Below are positions 17,780 to 29,583 of a stretch of 64,000 bases of DNA, piece by piece. Both the position numbers and the translations under genes were made by a program. The DNA comes from an uncultured Planctomycetaceae bacterium (GTDB lineage Bacteria > Planctomycetota > Planctomycetia > Isosphaerales > Isosphaeraceae). Every line of letters begins with the position of its first letter. Position 1 is the stretch's first letter. The notes below the pieces were generated by a model. That model was not told where the DNA came from, did no database searches, and was given only the letters and a program-made list of their open reading frames with translations. The stretch covers positions 2,624,001 through 2,688,000 of the forward strand of contig CAWIAD010000002.1 of assembly GCA_963833985.1 (NCBI GenBank), given 5' to 3'.

Positions 17780-19684
17780 TCAACTGTTGGTAGCCGGCAG
17801 GCCGGCGCTCTTCCGCCGTGCGAAGAAGCCGGCTCCGTAGTTGCCAAGCGCCGTCCTGCCGCCGGTGTTGATGGCTGCGCCGGGCATTGTCGCCTTCGAG
17901 TATGACGCGGCGTAGCGCCCATGGCCGAGCGCGGCCGTGCTGGTGCCGGTGATGGAGCCGTTGCCGAGCGTTGCCGTGCTGGTGCGGTAGACGTACTGCC
18001 CCGTGGTGGCGTTCCGCGCGGGACGGACCGTGGCCGAGTCGACGCTGTTGATCAGGTCGCCGCGCTGGGTCAGCCGCGCGATCCGGCTGGCCGCGCGAGT
18101 CGCCTCCAGACCGGCCAGGTACGACTGGTAGTCGAAGCCGGTCTTTATCTCGGAGTTGAGCTGGTTGCCGGTGACGCTGACGCTGCCGATGGACCCCTGG
18201 GTTGTGATGGCCGCGTTGGTTAGCGCGGTACCGGGGTTGACCATGTAGGCCGTGGCCGCACCGGTCGAGCCTGTCATGACGAACTTCGGGTTCTGGGCGG
18301 TAAGCGTTGTGTAGTTGGCCGCGCCGACCTTGAGCGACCTGATGTTCCGGGCCGCGATCACGCCGCCGAGGAGCCCATGCGCCGGGTATCCTTCGGACCC
18401 CAGCGGCACGCCGTAGCTGGTGGCCGGCAGATAGACGGTCGTTGCCGTGAGGTTGGGGTTGGTATTGGGCACGGTCGCCGTGGAGTTGAACACGTAGGCG
18501 GGGTTGCCCAGTCCGCGCTTGAAGTTCAACTTGTCGATGGATCCCTTGACCTGCAACGCCACGGCGTCCGCGTTGCCGCCAAAGGTGGCCTTCCTGATAT
18601 AGTTCAGCCCGTTCAAGCTGGAATTGAACGGCGTCGTGCCGCGCTGGGCGGTGAAGTTCACGGCGCTGCCGCGGACATTCAGGTTCTTGATCGCCAGCGC
18701 CGAGAGCGACGTCCGTCCGGTCGTTCCGACGACATTGAACTGGAACTGGTAGCCTGCCGGGATCGGTCCGGATTGCGGCACGCCGGTCCAGTCGTTGACG
18801 GTGCCGCCCTTTGACTGGGACACGTAGTTCGGAGGTACCGGCGACTGGGTGATTGAGACGACGTTGAAGTTTTCGACCACGCCGTTGATGCTGAACTGGA
18901 CGCTGGGGGTCGTCAGCGGGCCCGTGGGCACGGTCGTCGACGAGCTGTCGAAGACGGAGTTGTAGATCGAGTTGATGGTGATCGAGGGCGCGACCTTCAG
19001 CGGGGTGGAGGGGTCGCCGATGACGATCTGGTAAGCGGTCGGGTTCAGGTTGGTGTTGGCGGTCGACGAGGTGTCGATGAGCGCGTCGATGTTGTTGAAC
19101 TTGAGCGTACCCACGCCGCCGTAGAGGAAGATGCCCGGCGTCTGCACCACGGACGGGGTGACGTTGGCCGAGAGATCAAAGCCGTTGAGCACGATCGACT
19201 TCACGCCATTGGTCGCGATCAGGCGATCGAAGAGCACCGTCCCTGAGTCCAGCACCCGGTTCGAGCTGATCACGGTTCCTGTGACATATGTGGTATTGGG
19301 ATTGGAATTGATGATCTGGATGGTGGCGATGTCGTCGTCCAGGGAGCCGTCGGTGGGAGTCGTGTCGGTGACGATCACCTGGCCGGGCCCGTGCACGGTG
19401 ATCGTCCACTGATCGCCGGCGCGGTCCGTCCCCGAGACGATCTTCCCCTGGTTGCTCAGGAGCGAGCTATTGGGATTGTTGTGCTGGTTCAGCGCGCGGA
19501 CCGAGACCGGGATCCGCTGGTTGGTGATCGGGTTGGTGATGAGCAGATCGCTCGGGGTGTAGAGCGCACCATAGCCCGCGGAGCTGACGGAGAGCACCAG
19601 GCGGCTCTCGAGCTGTTCCGGAAGATCAAATTGCCTGCGCCGGGCCGGATCGGGCCGGTCAGACCGCTGTCGCGTGAACCTCAT
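17780..19684 (-). CDS. Planctomycete extracellular protein (T/N/S/G-rich, beta-rich)
   Basis: Arg-rich N-terminus with 'EQLESRLVLS' motif. 634 aa, no recognisable catalytic motif. Confidence 0.8.
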   Translation of the reverse strand: MRFTRQRSDRPDPARRRQFDLPEQLESRLVLSVSSAGYGALYTPSDLLITNPITNQRIPVSVRALNQHNNPNSSLLSNQGKIVSGTDRAGDQWTITVHGPGQVIVTDTTPTDGSLDDDIATIQIINSNPNTTYVTGTVISSNRVLDSGTVLFDRLIATNGVKSIVLNGFDLSANVTPSVVQTPGIFLYGGVGTLKFNNIDALIDTSSTANTNLNPTAYQIVIGDPSTPLKVAPSITINSIYNSVFDSSSTTVPTGPLTTPSVQFSINGVVENFNVVSITQSPVPPNYVSQSKGGTVNDWTGVPQSGPIPAGYQFQFNVVGTTGRTSLSALAIKNLNVRGSAVNFTAQRGTTPFNSSLNGLNYIRKATFGGNADAVALQVKGSIDKLNFKRGLGNPAYVFNSTATVPNTNPNLTATTVYLPATSYGVPLGSEGYPAHGLLGGVIAARNIRSLKVGAANYTTLTAQNPKFVMTGSTGAATAYMVNPGTALTNAAITTQGSIGSVSVTGNQLNSEIKTGFDYQSYLAGLEATRAASRIARLTQRGDLINSVDSATVRPARNATTGQYVYRTSTATLGNGSITGTSTAALGHGRYAASYSKATMPGAAINTGGRTALGNYGAGFFARRKSAGLPATNS

Positions 19685-19976
19685 CGAAGACTCCCTCCCG
19701 GCGACTCGCCAGGCAGTTCGGTCCCCCGATCCCGTGGATCGGTGACGCCCGCCCCTGGCCGCCCTCCCTGATTCGGATACTCGACCGGCAATGAACCGAC
19801 AGACGCGCCGCCACCGTCACCGGATTGATCCGAGGACGGCCGGGCCGCGATGACGTCTCCCAGGCCCGGCGCGGTGAGTCGCTGACACGTCTAAGAGTCG
19901 GACGGGGTGCGAGAACGACTTCATCCGACGTGGGAAGATGGGAAGGCCGGGGTGTCGAGGAAAGCGAAGGGATTGA

Positions 19977-20336
19977 TTAGACCGTAGAAACCGGACGGAG
20001 CGTGGCCATTGCGGCGTCCTCGTCATCGGCCAGGGTGAAGTAGCGATCGAGCTTCATGACCTTGAGCAGGTCGGCGACGACGGGATGGACCTGAAAGAGG
20101 ACGATCTTGCCCTGCCGGGTCTCGATACGTCGTTTCAGCCCGACGAGGATCGCGACGCCGGAGCTTGACAGGTAATCGATGCGCCCCAGGTCGAGGGCGA
20201 CGCGCGGCTCGGGGCGGCTCTGGACCAGGTCGTACAGCGAATCTCGCAGTGCGTTGTTCCGGAAGTCATTCAGCCCTGCGGCGCTATCGAAACTGATGAC
20301 CAGGGCGTCCGACTGGTCGCGCGTGTTGAACGTCAT
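19977..20336 (-). CDS. STAS-domain anti-sigma factor antagonist
   Basis: 'VALDLGRIDYLSSSGVAILV', 'LLKVMKLD'. Confidence 0.9.
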   Translation of the reverse strand: MTFNTRDQSDALVISFDSAAGLNDFRNNALRDSLYDLVQSRPEPRVALDLGRIDYLSSSGVAILVGLKRRIETRQGKIVLFQVHPVVADLLKVMKLDRYFTLADDEDAAMATLRPVSTV

Positions 20337-20705
20337 ACCTCGCAGACCTTTCCCGGAGACGAACCGAACCGGCAAGACGGCAGCGCCGGCCCATATCGCT
20401 GCCCGGTGCCGCAGCTCTGTTGCGCTGCGCGGAAGTACTCGACATGGGTTGATCTTATCGCGCCGATGACGAGAATTGCAATTCAACGTTGCCGGCAAAC
20501 CCGGTGCTCTGGCGGTTTTCTCGGAGGTTAGGGAATGTTAGATTAGGGACGGTCATGACGTGGTCAGCCGGCCGGCTCGTGGTGCCCTCACGAGCGGCCG
20601 GGTGGCGCGGTGCTCCGGTTCGTCCCGGGCTGCGCCGGGACCGGGCTGGCTGTCTCTGGACGATCGCGGTTCGATGACGGCCGATTTGGGCGCGGGGTTT
20701 CTGCG

Positions 20706-21182
20706 TTGAATCGACTCTTGCTGGCACTCAAAGTATTCTGGCGCATTCTCACCGAGCCCGACTTCGCCGCGCGGGTTGAGCCGCTCCTGTCGCGCGCGCC
20801 GACCGGCCCGGACCTGCGGATCCTCGCGGTCCTGCAACGCGACGGGCGGCTCGTGGACTTCCTCCAGGAGGAGATCGACGGCTACAGCGACGCCCAGATC
20901 GGGGCGGCGGTGCGCGACATCCACCGGGGTTGCCGCAAGTCGCTGCACGATTACCTGAGCATCGAGCCGATCATCAACGCGGCCGAGGAAGCCCCGGTGC
21001 AGGTCCCCACCGACTTTGACCCGGCCGCCATTCGTCTGCTGGGCAAGGTGGACGGCAAGCCCCCCTTCCAGGGAGTGCTCAAGCACCACGGCTGGCGTGT
21101 GCGTTCGGTTCACCTGCCGGTCCTGCCGGCCACCCGCGATGACACATCGGTTCTCTCGCCGGCCGAGGTGGAGCTGTCGTGA
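20706..21182 (+). CDS. DUF2760 family protein
   Basis: 'LAVLQRDGRLVDFLQEEIDGYSDAQIGAAVRDIH', 'GVLKHHGW', 'PAEVEL'. Confidence 0.85.
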   Translation: MNRLLLALKVFWRILTEPDFAARVEPLLSRAPTGPDLRILAVLQRDGRLVDFLQEEIDGYSDAQIGAAVRDIHRGCRKSLHDYLSIEPIINAAEEAPVQVPTDFDPAAIRLLGKVDGKPPFQGVLKHHGWRVRSVHLPVLPATRDDTSVLSPAEVELS

Positions 21183-21221
21183 GCCGTTGCCGGGGCTCTG
21201 GCCAATGCCAAAGGAACCTCC

Positions 21222-23055
21222 ATGTCCCGCTATGTCGTCGGCATCGATCTGGGCACGACCAACAGCGCACTGGCGTTCGCCGCGATGGATGCGAGTGAAG
21301 CCGCCGGGGCCGACCAGCAGCCGGGCCCCGTCGACACCCTGCCGATCCCGCAGGTGGTCGGCGTCAACGACGTGTCCGAGCGCGCGCTGCTGCCGTCGTT
21401 TCTGTACCTGCCATCGCCCCGCGAGTTTCCCCCGGGCGCGCTGGACCTGCCCTGGAAATCGCCGCCGGACCGGCTGGTGGGGACCTTCGCGCGTGACCAC
21501 GGCGCGCGGGTGCCCGGCCGGCTTATCGCCTCGGCGAAGAGCTGGCTCTCGCACGCCGGAGTTGACCGCCGCAGCCCGATACTGCCCTGGACGGCGGCGG
21601 ACGACCTGGTCAAGGTGTCACCGGTGGCTGCGTCGGCCGCCTACCTGGAGCACCTGCGTGATGCCTGGAATGCCCGGCTGGGCGGCAAGAAGGCCGACGA
21701 GCGGCTGGAGAACCAGGATGTGCTGCTGACCGTGCCGGCCTCGTTCGACGCCGTCGTGCGCGAGCTGACCATGGAAGCCGCGGGCCAGGCCGGGCTGAAG
21801 CAGGTGACCCTGCTGGAGGAGCCCCAGGCCGCCTTCTACGCCTGGCTGGCGATGCAGGGCGAGAAGTGGCGCAAGCAGGTCAAGGTTGGCGACATCATCC
21901 TCGTCTGCGACGTGGGCGGTGGCACCACGGACTTCACGCTCATCTCCGTGAGCGATGAGGGTGGCGACCTGGTGCTGGCGCGGCTGGCGGTTGGCGAGCA
22001 CATCCTGCTGGGCGGCGACAACATGGACCTGGCGCTCGCCCACGCCGTGGCGGCCACGCTGCCTCAGGGAATGGACGGGCTTGACGCCACCCAGCGCGTG
22101 GCGCTCGGCTACGCCTGCCGCAGCGCCAAGGAAACGCTCTTCGCCGAGCCGCGCAAGTCCGCCGCGCCGGTCACGGTGCTGGGCCGCAGCTCGAAGGTGA
22201 TCGGCGGCTCGATCAAGACCGAGCTCACGCGTGAATTGCTCAATCAAACACTTCTTGAAGGGTTTCTGCCGCGCGGCGCGGCAACCGACCTGCCGCTCCG
22301 CGGGCGGCGCGTGGGCCTGACCGAGATTGGCCTGCCGTACGCCGCGGACCCCGCGATCACCCGCCACCTGGCGCGGTTCCTGGGCCAGCAGGCCGGCTCG
22401 CTGCACACGGGAGGGTCCATGGTACGGCCCTCGGCCGTGCTCTTCAACGGCGGCGTGTTCAAGGCCCTGGAGCTGCGCCAGCGCGTGCTGGACGTGCTCT
22501 CCGATTGGGGCGGCCAGCCCGTGCCGGAGCTGCAAGCGACCGACGTGGACCTTGCCGTGGCCCGGGGCGCCGCGTATTACGGCCAGGTCCGCCGGGGCAG
22601 GGGCGTGCGGATTCGCGGAGGCGTGGCCCGGTCGTACTATGTGGGCCTGGAAACCTCGGCCCCGGCGGTGCCGGGAGTGCCGCCGCCGATCAAGGCGCTC
22701 TGCGTCGTGCCGCAGGGCATGGAAGAAGGCACCGAGACCGACGTGCCCAGCTCAGAGCTCGGCCTGGTGGTCGGCGAGCCGGCCGTCTTCCGCTTTCTTA
22801 GCTCCACCACCCGTCGCGACGACCCCGTGGGCATCATCCTGGAACGCTGGAGTCCCGACGAGATCCAGGAGCTTGCCCCGCTGGAGATGGCGCTTGCCGC
22901 CGAGGACGGCGCCGAGGGCGAGACCGTGCCAGTGCGTCTGCACTCGAACGTCAACGAGGTGGGTACGCTCGAGCTCTCGGTGCCAGAGCACCCGCGATCC
23001 GCGCCGCTGGAAACTGGAGTTCAACGTGCGCGAGCCGGCGGCGCCTGGAACCTGA
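21222..23055 (+). CDS. Hsp70-family protein (non-DnaK; frameshift near 22980)
   Basis: 'GIDLGTTNS', 'TVPASFD', 'EEPQAAFY', 'DVGGGTTD', 'LGGDNMD'. The C-terminus 'RWKLEFNVR' is in the frame ending at 23055. Confidence 0.9.
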
Positions 23056-23602
23056 CAGGCTGGCATGCGAGGCGGCCGGTCACCCGCAGGCCTCTTGTTT
23101 GCTTCAGCGCGGGCACGCCCCGGAATGGCCCACGGATCGGCGCTGGCGGATGGCGGTTCGCGTGTTGGACAGCCAGCGGTCAAGAGCTACCATCGGCGTG
23201 CCATGAGTGTGCATGCGCAGCGCGTCGATGCGCTCTTCCAGCGCCACGCATTCGGCCGGGCTGGATTTCCGCTTCAGCATCGCGTGCACATCGTGGGCAA
23301 TCTGCCGGACACCCTGTGCCAGGGCAGCAGGGTCGATTGCCGTGGCGGTGGATGCCCCGCTCCTGTGCCGAGATTGACACTCCAGAACTTCCATTGCAAA
23401 ACTCCCTGAACGATCAGTGGATCCTCTGCAACAACCCTAGGTCCGGCGCCTGCCGGGAATGCCGGATTTCATGATCGCGCCCGCCGGGTGGCGTGCCCGG
23501 GCAACACGAATTGCAAATACCCGGTTTCCGAAGTATGTTCGGACCAGCGACGGGAACAGCGATTGCCAATGCTCACGTTTCGCGAGACGGGGTACAGCGG
23601 GG

Positions 23603-24078
23603 ATGGCCAGCGAGAATGTCTTGATCGTGGACGGTGCCGTAAGCAACCGCCTGGAACTGCGGCTTGCGGACCTCGCGGCGTTTCCCGCGGCCGATCAGAT
23701 CGGGGACGTTTCCCGGTTCCATCCCGGGCGTCCGGGGGGCGGCGTGGCGCTGGAGGCGCTCCTCACCGCCGCGCAGCCGCACGCCGAGGCCAACTACCTG
23801 ACCCTGCACGCCGAGCGCGACGACTTCCACGTCTCGGTCCCGCTCGCGGCCGTGCGCGCGGAGGGGATTGTGGTCTATCACCGCGCGGCGCGCCGCTGCC
23901 GGTCGAGCAAGGAGGGCCGATCCGTTTCCTGATCCGCGATCCAGCGGCCTGCCATACCGACGAGCTCGACGACTGCGCCAACGTGAAGTTTCTCAGCCGC
24001 ATCGAGCTGTCGGTGCGGCGCGGCCGCGACACCCGCCCGCAGACCGAGGAAGAGCACGCCCGGCTGCACGCGGACTGA
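23603..24078 (+). CDS. Molybdopterin-oxidoreductase-domain-like small protein (frameshift near 23885)
   Basis: 'LIVDGAV...', 'GVALEALL', 'DDFHVSVPL', 'PLPVEQGGPIR', 'NVKFLSRIEL'. Confidence 0.65.
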
Positions 24079-24120
24079 ACGGCGGCAGCCGCCCGTTTCA
24101 GGCCGGGATGATGGCCGGGT

Positions 24121-24663
24121 CTACTGCACCCAGCCCAGAAGCTGAGCAAGCTTCCAGGACAGGACGGTCAGGGTGACGGCTCCCGAGCCGAAGGCCGCCA
24201 CGAGCACGCCGGCGGCGGCAATCTCGCGGGCCATGCAGAGCCGTGGCTCCTCGGGGTCGCCGATGGCGCGGGCCAGTGTATCCACGGCGCTGTGTGCCAG
24301 CTCGGCGATCAGGACCAGGGAGGCGGCGATCACCAGCAGGCACCAGCTCCACTGGTTCACCCCCAGCAGGCCGGCGGTGATGACGATGAGCGTGCCCCGA
24401 TAGGCGTGGGCGAAGAAGCTCGAGTCGCCCCGGATGGCGTGCTTCAGACCGCGCACGCCGGCCAGCATCTTGCTGCGCGTGTTGCGCCGGTCGGCGCGGG
24501 CGGTCAACTGGGGAACGGCGTCCAGGTCGAGCTGGAGCCGGGCCTCGTCGAAATCGGGGACTGGAAGCAGCCCGCGGGAGGAACCGCCCGCGGCCAGGGT
24601 TTCACGCGGAGTCTGTTGTGTGCTCGATTCGGTCATGGTCCCGGCGGTTCCGTCCTTGGTCAT
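24121..24663 (-). CDS. dgkA: Diacylglycerol/undecaprenol kinase family protein
   Basis: 'GVRGLKHAIRGDSSFFAH', 'AELAHSAVDTL', 'AREIAAAGVL', with hydrophobic helices. Confidence 0.75.
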   Translation of the reverse strand: MTKDGTAGTMTESSTQQTPRETLAAGGSSRGLLPVPDFDEARLQLDLDAVPQLTARADRRNTRSKMLAGVRGLKHAIRGDSSFFAHAYRGTLIVITAGLLGVNQWSWCLLVIAASLVLIAELAHSAVDTLARAIGDPEEPRLCMAREIAAAGVLVAAFGSGAVTLTVLSWKLAQLLGWVQ

Positions 24664-24684
24664 GAAAGGCCGTCAGCCTCGTGC

Positions 24685-27600
24685 TCACTGCGTCGGGGCG
24701 TAACGCGAGTCGAACTGGTTCAGTCCCACGGCACCGCCAAGCCGGAGGTTCGGCGACAGCCGGGGCGAGATTTGAACCGCGAAGGTCGACGCGTTGCGCT
24801 GAGGATCGTACGACAGGCCGACGGATGTCAAGTAGTCGGCCCCGATGCGGGTGAACGAGAACATCGAGCCCAGCGGAATCTTGTTGCCGAAGTCATACGA
24901 TGTGGAGAATGTACCAAACCATTTGGGGCTTAACCAGTACGAGACCGAGGCGTTGAGTGCCGAGGTATTGATCGTCCCGGTGTTGATCACCGTGTAGCCG
25001 ATGAACACGTTGCCCCGGGGCGGGCGGCTCAGCGAGACTCCCGTGGTGATCACGTTCAGTCCACGCGGGTTGTAGCCGGCGACGGTGTAGTTGGACAGCG
25101 GCTGGCTGCCGGTGATGGGGAAGTAGTCGAACCAGCCATAAGAGATCAGGCTCGTCCGGTCGCCGACGAACCACTGGTAGTTGTACATCGTCTGGCCCCA
25201 GGGCGTGCCGAAGTTGTCGCGCTGGGCGTCGGGGAAGTAGGTGCCCATGACGTCCACCGTCATCCAGTCAACGATCCGCCGCTTCCCCATGGGCCCGCGC
25301 TTGGTTTGCAGCCGCTGGTGAACGCCCATCTGAAGGGTCGTGATCGACGACTGGATATCGGTCGTGCCGGTGATCGGCGAGAGCGCGCGGCGGAGGATCA
25401 GGTGCCGCGGGTCGTACGGACCCGGGAGGATGCCGCCGGTCCAGTTGGTGATCGCGAAGTAACGGCGGACGAATTCGTACCAGTTGTCGTCCAGGTCATC
25501 CTGGACGGCGATCGAGTTGAGCTGGTGGTTGGCGTACGCGGCGCGGAAGTCGGCGTACAGGCTGATCTTGTTATTCAGGCCGTGGACGTTGAGGATCTCG
25601 TTCTCCACGTCGGGATAGAGCTTGTAGGCGGTGCTCTCGGCATGCATGCCGGCGGCGCCCCAGAAGCGGGCCATCCCGCCGGTGCTCTGCTGATTGAAGG
25701 GGCCGCCACCGAGCTGGTTGCTCCAGCCGACGATCTGCCCTTGCAGATAAGGCACGATCCGCACCACGTCGTAGATGTTCAGCGGCATGTCGATCTCGTG
25801 GTTCGTGTAGGCGCGGAACGACGACCAGGGGCCGCTGGTGTTGGAAACCGGGTCATACGGGATGAACGCGAACAGGTTGGGATTGTTCACCATGACGTCG
25901 GTGTGCACGTTGGCGTAGTCCGCACCCGTATGCGTGTAATAATTGAGCCTGTGGTTCAGCAGTGAATCGCCCAGGCGATAGTAGTCCAGCCGCGGCAGCC
26001 ACTGGGTGTCGGTATAGAAGTTCTGGAGGTTGACCTCGCCCCAGGCGTCCCAGGCCCAGTTATTCTTCTGGTACTGCATGTATCCCAGGGTTTCCTGGTC
26101 CATGCCGGTTTCCGCCAGCCGCTTGTAGTATTCCTCCAGGAAGTGCCGGTCGGAGACGTACCCGGCCTCGACCTGGAGCCGCAGGTCCTCGAACGGATGC
26201 TCGTCGTCGTCCGGCAGGAAGCGCTGCATGTGGCGGGTGTTGAACCGGCCGCGGATGCTCTGGAATGGTGGTACGTCGATGCGCTGGTAGCCCCGCTTGC
26301 CGGCGCCCGGCGGTCCGTTGGTGACGATCGCTGGCCCAGAGCCCAGCACGTCATTGCCCGAGTCCTTCAGTCCCCAGATGTCGAGGTAGCCGAAGTAGTC
26401 GTAAGTCAGGTGCTGGCCCGGATTGCGGATCTTGTGGTAAGGATCGGTGAGATCGCGGACCAGGTCGCTGCCATACCAACCCAGCTCGCTGCCCAGCGCC
26501 GGAAAGTCCTTGGTCCGGGCACTCAGGTAGTCAAGGTCCAGGTTCCAGATATCCACCCAGGCCGGCCTTCGCACGCCGATCACCTTGAAACCGTTCCAGT
26601 CGCTGAGCACCTGCTCGCCGAAGTAGTTGTTCTGCCGGAACGAGATCTGGCGCAGGGGCGCTTCCAGGTCGTCTGTCTCGCCGACGAGGCGCGGCCAGTA
26701 GAAGACCGGAACCGGTCCCATGTAGAAGAAATTCTGCCGCGCCTCGTAGCGCCAGAGGTAGTCAAGCGGAGCGCCGGGGTCATCCGGATTGCCGATCTGC
26801 TTGCCCGTGTTGGGGTCCTGCTGGGTCCTCTGCTTGCGCGTCAGATCGACGGTACGGTTGTTGATCTGGTAGGCGGGGTCCGGGAACCGGCTGCCCGTCA
26901 TGACGGTGCGTTCGGTGCGGATCTCCGGGTTGGGGTCCATGATGAGCGTGCCGTCGGCGCGCTGCGTGAGCCTGTGGAACTGCTCGATCTTCGGCGACTT
27001 GAGCTTCATGGGCGCGATGAAGCCCGGCGCGAAGACATCGACCTCGGCGTTGTAGGCCATGAGCCGATCGGTCAGGAAGTCGTAGTAGGCGCGGGGCGCG
27101 GAAGGTGCGCTGGTCTCCCTTGCCCGCCACCCGGTTCTCATCCTGCCGGAGGATGACGTTCCCTTCGAGGTAGACCTCCATGGGCTGGTTGGCGTTCTCG
27201 ATCAGCTCTCCGCTGGGCCCACGCACTTCCTCCCCCTTCTTCGGGTCGGGATGGCGCCAGACCACCGCCTCGTCGGCCTCGATGTCGATGATGCCGAACT
27301 TGGGAGACTGGGTGATCATGTTGATGCCGTTCCGGTAGATGATCACCCTTGTCCCGTCGGGGAGTGGAGGCCGGAAGTCGACATCGGGCTTGCGGCCACT
27401 GCGCGGGAAAATGTTGGTCACGCGCTGCGAACCCGGCGTGATGGGCGCAGTGGGCGAGGCGGGCCGCGCCGGCGCGGTGCGGGCCCCGGGCCCTTGTCCC
27501 CGCCCCGGCCTGGCCGGGCGGGCTGGCGCGGCCGGCTGGCCGCCGTTGCTTGCGCCGGTACCAGCGCCCTGCGCCGGCTTCCGGCAATGGCTGAGTCTCG

Positions 27601-28728
27601 CGGTACGTCCTCGGGGTTTGCCAGGTTGGGAACTTCCACCTCGCTGGCGCCCTCGATAGGGGGCAAGTCCACCACGGGCGGCTCGCCGCTCTCCGGCGCC
27701 GGCGCCGCGGTTGGCGGGACCTCGGCGGGCGTCGCGGGCTGGCTGTCGCCGGGTGCCTGCGCCCGCTGGACCGCGGGATCCACGCCATCAAACCGGGCGC
27801 GCTGAACCTGCGGGTCTCTGCGCGGCGGTCTGGGCACGGGCACGGGTTCGAGGGGCGGTAATTCCGGGGGCACAACCACGCTGTCCGTGGCCGCCACGAT
27901 CGGACTTCCCGCCAGCGTGGTGCCGGCCAGGGGACCGGCTCCCGGCGCGGCCGGCCCGGCGGTGACCGGAGCGGGCACCAGGTCTGGCATCGCAGCCGTG
28001 GACGCCTGGGAAGGTGGGGCAGGGGCCCCTGGAGCCAGTGCCGGCTGAGCCGGTAGGTCTCCGGCCTCCGGTGCGGCCAGGGCGGGCGGGGTTGCCGCGA
28101 GCGAAGCGGGCGTCCGCGTCGCGTACGCGACCTTGCGCGTCTCGGTCGCCACTCGCCTCTCCGCTGCCGCGGTCGACGCCCTCAGGCCCGAGCGGCGGAG
28201 GATCATGAGTTCTTGCGGGGGCTCGTGGCAATGGGTCACGCCACCGGGCCGGTAGGTGCGCAACTGGACGTGCTTGCGCGTCCGCAGCGCGAGACGTGAC
28301 TGGGGTCGCGGCGCCTCGTTTTTTCCAGAGACCTGGACGTCGCCCTCCGCGTAGACGTCGACCACGTACTCGCGGTCACCGTCGGCCGGCATCTCGCTGA
28401 TGCGCACGACGGCCGCGCGGCTGCGCAGGCCCTCGCCGGCCAGGAGCACGGCCGCCTCGCCGGAGAGCACGGCCCAGCGCTCGTTGGCAACTTCCCAGAC
28501 CTGCGCGCGCTGGGCCGACAGATCGATCACGTCGGCGCCCGCGTCCGTGGCCGTGGCCGTGGCCGTGGCCGTGGCCGTGGCCGTGGCCGTGGCCGTGGCC
28601 GTGGCCGGCGAAGTCGGAGGCTGAGCCGCCGATTCACGAGGAATCGCCAGCGCGAACAGGAATATCCACCACACGCATGGCCGCATGTGGCGTCTGGGCT
28701 GGTCGTGCTCTCGCACGGTTCCTCCCAA
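24685..28728 (-). CDS. LptD/OstA-like outer-membrane protein (split by frameshifts near 27100 and 27420-27600)
   Basis: Three consecutive same-strand ORFs. 'EVYLEGNVILRQ', 'NFFYMGPVPVFYWP', 'YVSDRHFLEEYY' and an aromatic beta-strand-rich C-terminal region. Confidence 0.7.
28545..28604. repeat. Perfect hexanucleotide repeat (CCGTGG)x10
   Basis: Encodes an Ala-Thr run just after the signal peptide of the LptD-like gene. Confidence 0.95.
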
Positions 28729-29367
28729 GGTACGACCGGACCCCTTTGCGGCCGGCCTTCCCTGGCCAGACCGCGATTGAGCGTCGCTCGGAGTTTCAAC
28801 GCATCCGCCACGAAGCCTTGCCGACGCGGCAGGGTCTCGCCGGCCTCGTGTTGCGTCGCGCCCGACCGGCCTGATTCCGAGAGGCGGCCAGGACGAGCGC
28901 GGAGCTCTGTTCGGAGATGCGAGTGACGGGACAATCGTCGGGAAGGCTAACGCTCCCGGCGATTCCGGTCAAGGTCGACAACGACGAAGTGCAGGGGCGC
29001 AGGGGCACGCCTTGTGCAATCGCCGTTCGTTCCGATCCATGTGGTCACTGATCGACTCGCAAAGGAAGTGCGCCCGGCGCACCCACCGGCCGACCCGGTG
29101 ATACCTCAGGGTCACGGAGGCTCGACCAGGAACGCCCGGGCCGTTCGTCGCGCACGGACCTCCATGCAAGATCCACTGAACACGGGATCGCACCGGGCCT
29201 GGCCATGCGGCGTCGCATGATCCCTCTTGGTACTGAATCTGACATTCTTCACAGTCCCTTGTTGTTCTGAATACGCAGGTTTCGGGATGTAGACCCCTGG
29301 TTGGCCCGGACAGGCGACGAATTTGTTCGGTTTTGAATGAGAAGAGCGGAAAAAAATTGAACGTCCC

Positions 29368-29397
29368 TTGACAAGCGCGTATGGCCGTAGGTATTTG
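29368..29397 (+). promoter_or_regulatory. Possible sigma70 promoter upstream of the PEP-CTERM gene
   Basis: Perfect TTGACA with an upstream A tract. The -10 match is weak. Confidence 0.3.
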
Positions 29398-29583
29398 TGC
29401 CTCACAGGATCAAATCAGCCTCGCCCTTTCAGAAAAGCGTCAAATCCGTTTTCAGGCGTCGCTGGGTCTCGCGGCAAATCTGTGCTGCACCGGATGCTCT
29501 GGTGAGGCTTCGAGGATTCAGAGCGAACGCAGGCCAGCGGTCACGAGCGTCACTGAACTGGAACCCTATTGAGGCCACTGACA

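Noticed and set aside
23104..23394. 96-aa minus-strand ORF between Hsp70 and the next gene
   Set aside because: Could be real, but I found no motif or clear RBS to support it.
29400..29580. Riboswitch in the PEP-CTERM leader (also checked 20490-20600)
   Set aside because: GGCAAA-like seeds are present but the rest of the c-di-GMP-I consensus is not. An Rfam scan would be needed.
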